From Podarcis liolepis (taxonomy: Eukaryota): a DNA stretch of 64,000 nt. The notes under the pieces were generated by a model. That model saw only the letters and a program-made list of their open reading frames with translations, did no database searches and was not told the DNA's origin. Where the stretch lies: NCBI GenBank assembly GCA_965112155.1, contig OZ218101.1; one strand, given 5' to 3'. This document shows positions 53,318-64,000 of this stretch, one piece after another; position 1 is the stretch's first letter, and each line of letters starts with the position of its first letter. The position numbers and the translations under genes were made by a program.

Positions 53318-53793
53318 CTGAGAAGGAAACAAACAGGGCAATCAGACTCTTGTCACTCTGAAATAAAGTCTCATTTCATAATCATCCGAGAGCACAAGGA
53401 CAGAATGAACACCTTAGTGGTAAGTTCACAAGTGAGACCATTTACTAGCTGTGTAAAGAACCAATGTAGTTGGTCATAATTTCCATCAGGTTGCAAGATT
53501 TGGCCTTGGACCATGCTCGTGGTTGAGGCTGAAAGGAATTAGTGTCTTCACCATATGGAGAGCAGCAGGTTGAGCAAGGCTGGTCTAGATTCTGATCCAG
53601 TTGCTCTTCTTTTAATGTTGACTTGTCAACTGGAACTGGTTAAGCTGTTGTAGATTTTAACCTCATCATATTCAAGAATAAAGGGAACCAGAGCAGATGG
53701 AGAAGCTGAATTTCACACATGAACTGAACTAGTCAGTCAAATCCTCGGATGAAAACATCTAGTATTTATTGCCCTTCTATACAGCTATTACAC

Positions 53794-54105
53794 CATGGGT
53801 AGGCCCGGGGGCCAGATCTGGCCCAATCGCTGCCTAAATCAGGCCTGCGGAAGGTCCAGGAATCAGCGTGTTTTTACATGAGTAGAATGTGTGCTTTTAT
53901 TTAAAATGCATCTCTGGGTTATTTGTGGGGCCTGCCTGGTATTTTTACATGAGTAGAATGTCTGCTTTTATTTAAAATGCATCTCTGGGTTATTTGTGGG
54001 GCACAGGAATTTGTTCATTTCCCCCATCCAAAATATAGTCCGCCCCCCCACAAGGTCTGAGGGACAGTGGACCGGCCCCCTCCTGAAAAAGTTTGCTGAC
54101 CCCTG
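53794..54105. mobile_element. hAT MITE with an internal duplication of about 60-70 bp
   Basis: 8-bp TSD TATTACAC; ends …TTTGCTGACCCCTG; TTTTTACATGAGTAGAATG…GGGTTATTTGTGGGG occurs twice. Confidence 0.85.
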
Positions 54106-55751
54106 TATTACACAGCCAAAGTTGACCACCAGTAACTTCAAAAATGCTGCAGCATCTGATGCTTACACATAATTAAATAGCCTCAAGCCCTACCCTCACC
54201 AGTCACTATAGAATATTTCTTACTGCAAACATCTTCCTTTACTGTATCCCAGAAGGAACCACAGCATACTTCTGCTGGGAAGGAAGCTTTGTTCTTTCAG
54301 CAGCAAGAAAAACGTTTAAAGGAGTGCCACTCCTACTCAAATAGACAAAATGAGCTCTGCTGCAAGGATGGAGACCCAGACCGATACACCTCTATGCCAT
54401 CTAGCAACAAGAAGGGGCTTTCCCCTTTCGTCTCTTGTCAGCATGTGCACTGCATCCACACAATATAAATTCCTCATAGTAGCAGTAGGGTACATTGCCC
54501 CCATCACTCAGTATAACGCACCTTCTAGCTCTACCCATTCATTTGTGCAATTAACGTGCAGTTATTTCTCTTTTGTAACGGATCCAGCCATTCTTTTCCA
54601 TTAAAAGTAATATGTAGCCACAATTTGTGAGTAATTTGCATTGTTCCCCTTTGCTGCTAAATTTGGTTTCTGGTCATCACCGCACCCCATCACCTCACAA
54701 CCAGCCTGTAATACAGGTTTTGTTTCCTGTTCCACATACAAAATGTCAGAATACCCTTGCATCTAAGGCACTATGCAAAAGTGCATTCGTTTGCACTTCT
54801 AGAGGTATGTAAACCATATTTGTTTGTTTCAGATTCAGTTTTATGCACCACAATTAAAATAATTTTAGTTGATCCACTAGACATCCAGAAGATAAATCAT
54901 AATGCCAAAGGAATTATGCAGTGGTGCCCTATAGAAGTGAAGTGACAGCCACTAACAATTTTTTCAAAGATCTAGAACATGAAAAGGAAGACAAACTGTT
55001 CACCAAGGACAGAAGAGGCAACATGTTTTAAGCTTAAGTAATGTAGATGAGGTTAATAATTGAGGGGGAAATTTAACCATAAGAACAGTTCAGCAATGGG
55101 AGATCCTGTTGAGGAAAACTAGCATGCTTCAGACACAAACCAATATAGCCTATTTCAGTGGGAGGCAGAAGATTAGATTCATAGTCCATTACGCATCTAC
55201 TATGGAGTTATGTGGCATGTGAGAGAAATGTCATGACTGCCTCAATTGCAGTGGTTAGTGATAACATTTATTATTTTATCCTTAGATTTAGCAGTATTGC
55301 TTTCCTGTGTACCTCTCCAGTATATTTTTAGTGGTCTGTCATCTCCTGGCAACAGCTATTTTTTCTTGCCTTCAGTTGCTATGGAGCTGAATAACTATGC
55401 TCTTTGGGAGATTTATCGCTACCCTTGTTTTCCTTCTCTCTGTTGAACGAGAATATACATTTGGGGGGGAATATATGCTGAATCCCTAACAGCAGCAGAC
55501 TTCTGGTGAAAGTGTTGCAAATTCCCCAACCCACCCAACAAATTTCACAACTATATGCTGTATATAAAAACAGCCCCAATCCAAAAGATGTTTTGCTTGA
55601 GATGGACTCTCCAAATTCACTTCAAATTTTGAGTTTTGCCAGCCACTCTTACCTCCTTGCTGGCTGAATTGGCATGCGCTCCTAGCTCTGATGTTATTAA
55701 AGTTCTCACTGCAATTGCTTCACAGAGTAAGAGAAGTGGTTTTGTACTTAC

Positions 55752-55938
55752 ACTTCAGATAACAAAGCATGGTCAGTAACATTTGTGGAAAAACGCTGTT
55801 CGAGGATCGATACGGTCCCGGCGAGAGCCACATGACCGCAGCCGCAAAACAATGCTACCCCAGAGAAGCAGAGAATAGTTGCCACAAGGGAAGCATATGG
55901 AACTCCTCCCAGGCACTTAATGCAACATTCAAAGCAAC
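55752..55938 (-). CDS. GPM6B: GPM6B exon GCFECCIKCLGGVPYASLVATILCFSGVALFCGCGHVALAGTVSILEQRFSTNVTDHALLSEV
   Basis: 187 nt; proteolipid (PLP/M6) TM1; AG/GT. Confidence 0.96.
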
Positions 55939-58320
55939 CTAAGCAGAAAAGAAAAGGGGGGGGGACACAAAGACAACATTATTTAAGTACAAGAACAAGT
56001 TATGAGAACAACATCATTTGGACTTCATGTGGTAAAACTAGTAAGAACAATTAGCAAAGTTACTTGTTCAAAGCTAATGGGTTGCACTTCCTACTTTCAT
56101 CAGATGACCTTCCTCTTTATGTCTGTCGCCTCAAAGTACAAGAGTGACAGCACCCCAGATTCTATGAAAATCAAAGGCTGCAGATGAAGCAAGCTTGTGC
56201 AGGATGCTTTAGAAAAGAGTATGTGTTCTCCACCGACACATCAAATTAACACTTCTATTTTAAGCACAGACAACAAAAATAAAACTTTGAAACTGAGTGC
56301 ACTATACTGTCCTTTCAGACATCTTTGCAGGGCAATGGGAGCCAGAAGCCCTCTAGTTAAAAGTCTCATCTGAGCCACAAATTCATTTGACAGCCTTAAG
56401 TAATCCACCCACACTCGGTAGCTTTATAAAACCTCAGGCCCCATTTGACAGCACACTGGTTCACCCAACATGGATGTTAAAAAGTTTACTGGTGTGTGAT
56501 GTACTCAAAAGGTTCTATATAAACGCAGCTGAAAAGCTTGTGCTTTCTCTGAAGAACATACAGATATGTTCAAATACAGAACATCCCAAGCTTGTTAATT
56601 GACATTAAGGATGAAGAATCTGTGGGCGACAGTTCCCATCACCTCAGGCCAGAATTGTATCTGGAGGGCAGCAGATTCTCCCTAGGATAGATGAAATGCT
56701 ACACACCTGCCGTGCTTAGAAGCACTACTGGTGCCCTTCCACTTTAGTAAATGCCTAGAAGACTGATTATGGAAAAGGGGTGGCCCTTCAGGATGATCTT
56801 GTTACTACAATTTCCACCATTCCTGACCAGACTTCTGGCTGAGGCTGATGGGAGCTGGTGTTCAAAAATAACCCGGGGTATGTGTCACAGGTTAGCCACT
56901 TGATTCAAAACCCAGCATGGGAACTAATTTCGCAGCGCAACACTACTCCAATGAAGGAATATGCCTTCAAGACTTCAGATGCAACTAAATTAGAATAATT
57001 CGCTCAAAGAGGAGTTTCAGATACTGGTGAGGTAAAAAGAAAAGAGTTAGGAGAAACAGTTCATATTGGTCTTAGGTGGTTAAAAATGGCAAATTCTACA
57101 GCATCACTGATACAGCAAGCATGCAAATGTATCATGAGAATAGAAAAGAAACATCCCAAAAGCCCATTTAGTTCCTTAAATTACATATGGGACACTGTTT
57201 CACTGGAGATTCTGTGCTGCAAACCCTCTGGATTTATTTACATAGTTTGTTTGTCCTCAGTATCTGGAAATATTTCTGTGTCCTCTAGGGATAGTTTTAT
57301 ATTCATTAGTAACATCAGAACTGCTAAGTCTAGTCTGCAGTGTAGTGAATGTTCAGTTTCAGATTCCACTTTGAGCTGCTAGCTTTGCACATGCACAAGG
57401 AAATTTGGGCATGGTGGAAGTTTAAAATGATTGAAACTCCCAGGTGCTTTCTGGAAAGACACAGACTGTGCCTCAACCACCCTGCTGATCTTATGAACTG
57501 GAGTTTCTAGAACAGTTGTTAACAACAAGGGGTGGCTGAAAAAGTACACAGCCTAAGATAAAAGGAATTGGCTTTGAACTTGGAAAACTTGCGAGTCTGC
57601 TTCTCCAAATGCTCACAGTCACTCATTTGTTCAAGAGAAGAGGAAGCCATTTTGCTGATCGCCATACTAATAAACTATCTAGTTGCCCAAGACACCACTT
57701 AACCAAGTTCTTGTCCTAGAACTGCTATGCTATTCTCACTAGAGATGATGCCAGAATACATAGTCCCAAGCATTGCATTTTGAAATAGGCTGGCTTGGAA
57801 CAGTTGCTTCAAATGCAAGGTAAGCACTACCTGTTCCACTTACGTGTTTGCCTCCAGCTCCCATCAGGAATCCAGGGCAACCAAGGTGCTAGGTGCTGAC
57901 AAGAGAGAAACATTCCTCTCTGTGCCAGACCAGCAGCGCCAATGTGAATGGGTATTGGTGGGAGGGGGCAGTCTTGTGCACAAAGGTAGTGTTATGTGGC
58001 GGGGGGTTGGAGAATCAGAGTATTGGGAAAAATCTGCTTCATGTACCAAAGTCTCAGATTAAATGCAGATTGGTTTGGAATAAGCCCAGCACCATCCTGA
58101 GTCTATTTTATTTTTAAAAATTTAAAAGTTGGCTTAGCCAAGCCAATTTAAGGAGAACTGGGGAGGCAAGAGATGCACTCATAAGTACAACTCTGATGTA
58201 TATATTATTTGCTACCCACCAAAAGCAAACATTACATGATGTCTTTGTACAGGTACACAGAAATGATTATAGTTGGGCACATCCATAGAGCAATAAAGTC
58301 CATGCAGCAGTTAAAGAAAA

Positions 58321-58396
58321 AGTCTCGTAGCACCTTAAAAAGCTAACAAATGTATTGTGGCATAGGTTTTCATGGTCTGCTTCATCAGATGCTTGA
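58321..58396 (-). mobile_element. Degenerate copy of the hammerhead-type Penelope-like terminus
   Basis: Reverse complement: GCAT CTGATGA AGCAGACCAT GAAA ACCT ATGC…TTTAAGGTGCTACGAGAC; stem II disrupted. Confidence 0.6.
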
Positions 58397-58758
58397 AGTG
58401 TCATCTTAAATTGGCAAGCATATATGCACATTGGGAGAGAGATGTCAGAGGAGGAAGGAACAGTCAGGTTCCATTCCTTTCCCCTTTTTGCATGGGTCTC
58501 CTGTCCTCAGACCACTCTGTTTCAAGCGTGGTATACAAATGTATAAAAGAAAACTGTTTATTATGTAGCTTTTTCGTGTGAAAAATGTTTTTAGAAGTAA
58601 AATATTTTGGGGGCTTTAAAATAGATAAATAAGAGTGTCTGTAACAAAATAGCTATTATGGGATGGCATAACACAAAACTAGAGAGACAGTCACCCCTGA
58701 CAACCTTATGCTTACAGTGGGAAGTCAGCTTTGTCCTGGTACCCATTGTGCAGATTTT

Positions 58759-58765
58759 ACACACA

Positions 58766-58816
<51 letters not shown>
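58759..58816. repeat. (AC)n(AG)n compound microsatellite
   Basis: Direct reading. Confidence 0.95.
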
Positions 58817-58820
<4 letters not shown>

Positions 58821-59479
58821 GGAGGGAGGGAGAGTGTCTAATAGCAACAGTACCATAAAAAGTATAGAAGGCAACCCCACTACACTATCATTTCACAGAA
58901 ATAACTTGCTTTTCAGAAGGACTCAATCCTTTTTTCTTTAATGATAGCTGAGAGTTTGGGGCATCTGTCCCAAGACACCAGTTAAAGCCTTCCCAGGCAC
59001 CATGCACACCAGACTAGGGACACTTGTCCTAGCAACTCCAAGCAGCTATTACCAGTTGGAAAAAAGAAAAAAATGTACAAGGCATCTGACTCAAACTACC
59101 TCACAGAACTTCGTTGGAGTGGGTGGGTTCAAAGAAGTAGCTCAACCTGTCTGTACATTAACCCATGAAGGTGCAAGACCAGATGAGTTTGCTCAAGATA
59201 CAGACCTCCCAGATTCCTCCAGCACCCCTCGTGTCAGAGGAAAATGATGTGTATAAAGAACTGTGAAGGCTAGCTTGAAAACAAAATAGTTAACACTATT
59301 TTACACCGTATCACAGCAATGGTGATAACAAACATCCTGGCATTGACAAGCTAATTGACACATGAATTGCAATAAAACAGTTCAAGCCATACTTCAAGCC
59401 ATAACTGAATTGCCTTATAAATTGTAATTCAGCACACTAGTTTCCCACTGAAGCTGTTTTGTTTAATTAGGGCCAGTTA

Positions 59480-60360
59480 CAGAGTGTCCTGAGAGGCAGA
59501 AAAGTTCTCCCACAGGCTTTTTGCAATTGCCATTTATGATATATTTGTGTCCCTTTGTTGCTTTGCAGAGACAGGCCTGCTGGTTCCATGTAGAATGCAG
59601 AAGAGCACACTGGCAGATGTTGGCAGATGTTACATTGGACAATGAGGGGGTTAATAAACTCCTGGAGTTATGGCTGACAGTATGAGATCCTGTACTAGTG
59701 TTGTCTTGGTAGCTCAAGTTTCCCCCCCAGGGTCTGCTTCTAACAGGTCTTAGATGGAGGCGTCCACCCAAGGCTTGTGAGAAGGAATTATCATTGTCCA
59801 GATTAAGCTGTAGATTACTGAGGACACATCAGTAGACTCATCCAAAGCTTGCTGTGACATGTTTGTGAGGAATTCGGAAGTTAAAATTGCTTGCATACAC
59901 CAGGATTTGGATTCCATATTTGGAGCAGGTGATTCTGGTGAGGTGTCTGGTGATGTTGGAGGAGCTTCAGTTGGTGTAACCGGAGATCATGGGTAAGGTA
60001 GTTGAAGGTTAGTTTCCATCAGCTACCTGCGTCTTGAATCCTTGTCCTTCCTGATTTCTAAAATTGGGCAGGGAGGGGATTGTTGGTTGGGCTTCAAGAA
60101 GACGTTGGTCCCAGGTCATGGTAGTAATGCTACTCCTGAAGAAATTGTGGATAACTATGACGTGACAGGGATTAGATGGTTAGATGCACTATAGTGGTTA
60201 GATGCACTATAGCAACCTTAGAGGCGATACTCTCAATTCTATCTTTGTGGGAAATGTTAGTATAACGGCCTCAGCAGCCATAGTAGCTGGAATGGTGTTC
60301 CTGGGAGATTTTCAACAGGTTGTCATTTCCTTAGGATACTAATATTATCCTGTAGGAAAC
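59480..60360 (-). mobile_element. Decayed, internally deleted Penelope-like retroelement (RT and GIY-YIG endonuclease remnants)
   Basis: Frameshifted remnants: TIPATMAAEA/YTNISHKD (RT motif resembling DVEALYTNIPHKD), HNFFR, NHLLQ, LDNDNSFSQALGGR, GHKYIINGNCKKPVGELFCLSGHS (resembling GIY-YIG C-terminal KPVGEHFNLPGHS). Confidence 0.72.
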
Positions 60361-61289
60361 TTGGGAGTACTGGTCACACACAGTTTTGAGTACATGCATG
60401 TGTTCACTTTTCATGGCTGATGTGCATACTTTTCACAGCTAAAAGACAGAAGCCATGATGCAGTATATACCTCTGTGCACAATATCAAGACTTGCCTGAA
60501 TTTTATTTCTTGTAGAGTATATCTGTGGTGTGCTTAAACTAGTAACACATCCAATCTAGATAAATAGATGTTTGTTATGTTTTCAACTCTGCATTTCATG
60601 GCATAAAATGTTTTCTTTTGCTGAAAAATGGTTTATCTGCTGGTCTCATTCTCAAACAAACATAACCACACAATATTAATCATGTTGGCACGGAAGAAAC
60701 TAAATGGCAACAGGAGGACTAACAGGAAACATTTAAGAATGGCCATATTAGCAGAGTCAAAGAGATGAACTACTCTTCTCTTTATATAAATTCTGCTTTT
60801 TGAAAAGTGGAAAACCTTAATATCCCTTACAAAATATGGTGGAAGATGTTAAAAACAGAATTTAAAAGTATGCCGGGCATGTCCAATACTACCCTAACAC
60901 ACCAGAATAAAGTAGTTTAAATATAAATTGTACAGATACACACATCAATGCAACTCACTTTCAATGGCCATTTTGTCTAAAGCATCACTAGAACCTTTTG
61001 TGCAGTTCAGAATAAAAACAATTTTTTGTCCTCAGGCTTGTGAGCAGCAGTTGCCATGGAAGCAGGTTAATAACAGCTCAGTGATTTGCCCAGAGCTAAC
61101 GGTGAACCTGGCTGCAGATTTAACACACTCACAAAAGGAGGCCAACTAAAAAAAGAGAGAGAGAGGACTGAAAGTATTCTCTGGGGAAGGGTATAAAATG
61201 AAAGTGAATGTGTGCGCACACACATGCACACACATTTTTTTTTAATAAGGAATACAAATAGAAGAAAAAGAACAGGAACCAACTATGGT

Positions 61290-61630
61290 GCATAAAGCAC
61301 TGGGAAAAACTCATGCTTTTCGAGCACGGGCAACCCCTGCACAAAGGGGTGCTGTCAATAGTATAAAACCCATACTTGGAGGTGTAAGACTTGTCAGTGT
61401 GGCAGCCCCTGTTCTGTGGGACAGTATCCCTGTTGGAATACAACAGGCAACCATTATTTGTACTTTACAGAAACCACTGAAGACATTTTTTTGTTTCAAT
61501 AAGCTTTACCAGCTGGGTGTATTGTTTTAGAACCTATCTTTTCAGTTGTTTGTTGTTTTGACTGTTTTCAAAGCTATTTTTAGTTATGCATGTCACCTGC
61601 AGATTCATGTGGATTCAAACAATAAATAAA
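61290..61630 (+). mobile_element. L2-type LINE 3' end remnant
   Basis: SVAAPVLWDSIP…LKT motif followed by a T-rich 3' region. Confidence 0.55.
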
Positions 61631-64000
61631 AGTGATCCTGCACTATCGCCACCTACATGCTGTCTTAAAATGACTAGTGCTGTGAGTCTGGTCTCAAACA
61701 CTATACTGGCACTTAGTAGAGCAGGGTAGAAATAAATTGTCATTATTTATCATTGTGTCAACAGAATAAAATGCAGGATGGATTCCCGCATTCACCTACA
61801 AATTCACCTATAAATACCCACAGCCAAGTATTTATGGAGCATTCTTTACAAAGTGGGCAAAGCAACTCACCCATACTCGCCTTATTACCCAAAGCAACAA
61901 ATGTTGTTCAGGAGAGGGTGGCTAGCCTGTGACTCTCCAGATACAGCTGCTGCATTGTTTGCAATTTTGGTTGTCTGCTTGTGTGTGTGTTTTCTGTTTG
62001 TTTTTGTAATTGTTTGTTTTCTTATTATTATTTGTCTGGATTTAAGTATTATAATATTATGCACCACCCTGGGAACCTTTGGGTCAAAGGGCGGAATGAA
62101 AATTCCACAGATATAGAAATGCAACTCTCATAATCTCTGATGGGGTGTTGGCTTTTCTGGCTGAAGCCAATGGGAGTTGGAAGTCCAACAGCATTAGGGG
62201 GACCAAAAGTTACAGCCATTGGCTGTAAAGAGATTTGCCTTCCCAATTCTCCCAACACAGTTACACGGAGAACTATTTGGATGCTCTAAGCCACTATGGG
62301 TTGATTAGCATGTCAAGAAGAGTTTTAAATACCTCAGTCAAGATTGCTGCCCACCTCTACTGGGAAAACCTTGAGTTACGCTCTTGACATTTTCCAAATG
62401 TGTAAGAGTATTTAACAGATCACTACCACACATCAAAACAATAAATGTACTGCCACACCAGAACAATCACACAATCTATGGTTTTATTTTTTATTTTTTT
62501 TAAAGTTTGTAACATTCCTGCAGGTTAAGAAGGTCTTAAAAATTCAAGAGCAAACAAAGCTTAATCTAACCAACAAATGGTTGGCCCTGAATGAATAGAA
62601 ATACTGAGTTTTGAAGTTCTAACTGGAGAATTCTTGTTTCACAAGCACCAATATAAATCTACAGTTTGTCATATGTGAAATGGTGTGTAGATTCCGTGGA
62701 ACAGTGTATTAAACTACTGGCAGACCTTCAAACAGCTGGGAAAGGAGCTTTTCTCTAAGTTTAAATGAGAAGCTAGCCTTGGACTTGCCCCTTATGGAAC
62801 ACTATCTCTAGCCATGTATAAAATGTAATGCTTTAACTAGAAGTCTCTGTATTAAATAAAATAAATACTGTGAGCATGTGAATAAATGCTCTGCAGGAGT
62901 TTCAGACTGGATAAACTTCCAACTTTACAACATGTTGAGGCCTGGCAGGAGGTGGCCTCAGGATGACTGAACCTCTCATTCTTCCCATCCCCTGAATCCC
63001 TTGCCTTCAATATACTTGCCAACTCAGCTCTCCAATTTTGTACCCAAGGATTAAGCCCTGTTCCTTTATCATTCCCAAATAATTGGTGCAGAACGGTTTG
63101 TGGCAGTATACTCAGAAAGACACTCAGAGGCAAAGGTAAAACAAGCAGTTTGTAAGAGCCATCAAGAACCAGCTGGGCATTCATTATCAGTTTGCTTTAA
63201 GCTATTTTAAAAATTGTATTTTTAAATGGCTGCAACCTGCCCTGGGACTTTATGGCGAAGGGCAGATAAGAAACTGAATGCATAACAAATAATAAGCAAT
63301 ATTTTTCTGGTTTTGAGCTATGCTGTCAAACAACTTTGCCAGAAAGGGAGAACATGGGAAGGGCATCCTATATTATGGGCTCACATTGAGTAAGTTTCGA
63401 ACACTGATCTGGGGTACCAAGTTTGTCCAAGGTGACAAAGGATAATGGTTGGAGAAAAATTAATACAGTACTATACAGTTAAGGTCCTCATGATTAAACT
63501 AGCATGATTGATTGCAGGCTGGGGGGAGTTGGAAATCAGAAGTGATTGCACACCATATACCTAAAGAAAATTTGTCCAGAAGCACAGGTGCTGCTTACAA
63601 CAGTGGCTACAGAAGATGACTGCTTCATATTGGTGGACACATACCAATTCATTTAGATTTTCAAGCTTGTTGCAGGCCAACGTTGTTGCAATTATCAGCT
63701 GTACACCTTCAAAACCAGTCATATCCATCTTTCCATTTTGATAGCAGCAATAATGCTTGTCTGCTGTCTCAAATCATGATAATGGGATCCTTCTTACAAA
63801 CAGTAAAGCAGCAAACACTGAGCTACATGCTTTTCCTATTTAACCTTTTCAGATAAATTTAGTGTGCCATGAAGCTGGCAGCTGATGACAAAGAGGGTTC
63901 TATTATAATAAGCTGAGAGAGAGAAGGACCTAGACTGGCCTGTAAAATGGAAGAAGCTGATCTAATGTTTGACATCAACACTGATTCAAGTCTAGCTGGT

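Noticed and set aside
55939-64000. GPM6B N-terminal exons (MKPAMETAAEE… and the alternative 40-aa exon)
   Set aside because: Not found by eye; probably beyond the window end.

Overview
Vertebrate genomic DNA from a squamate reptile, probably a lacertid lizard (inferred from a Sauria SINE, a tRNA-Lys/CR1-tail SINE and typical lizard MITEs). It carries the conserved RAB9A(+) - TRAPPC2(-) - OFD1(+) - GPM6B(-) block (human Xp22.2 synteny, recalled). I traced exons by hand using splice signals and frame continuity. RAB9A has one coding exon (201 aa). TRAPPC2 has 4 coding exons (140 aa) and a U12-type AT-AC intron. OFD1 has 22 coding exons (about 1023 aa). GPM6B contributes 5 internal exons and two alternative terminal exons; its 5' end was not located and probably lies beyond the window. 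There are two CpG-island promoters (RAB9A and the bidirectional TRAPPC2/OFD1 promoter), many MITE/SINE/LINE remnants and two assembly gaps. The most notable observations are: (1) a 112-bp insertion with a perfect 14-bp target-site duplication carrying an intact minimal hammerhead-ribozyme motif, sense within RAB9A intron 1, plus three decayed relatives and a decayed Penelope-like RT/GIY-YIG element; (2) a 32-bp tandem duplication of the TRAPPC2 start-exon splice acceptor that could add an in-frame N-terminal extension and a uORF; (3) a 21-bp coding duplication in OFD1. Comparisons with human sequences are from memory, not from database searches.
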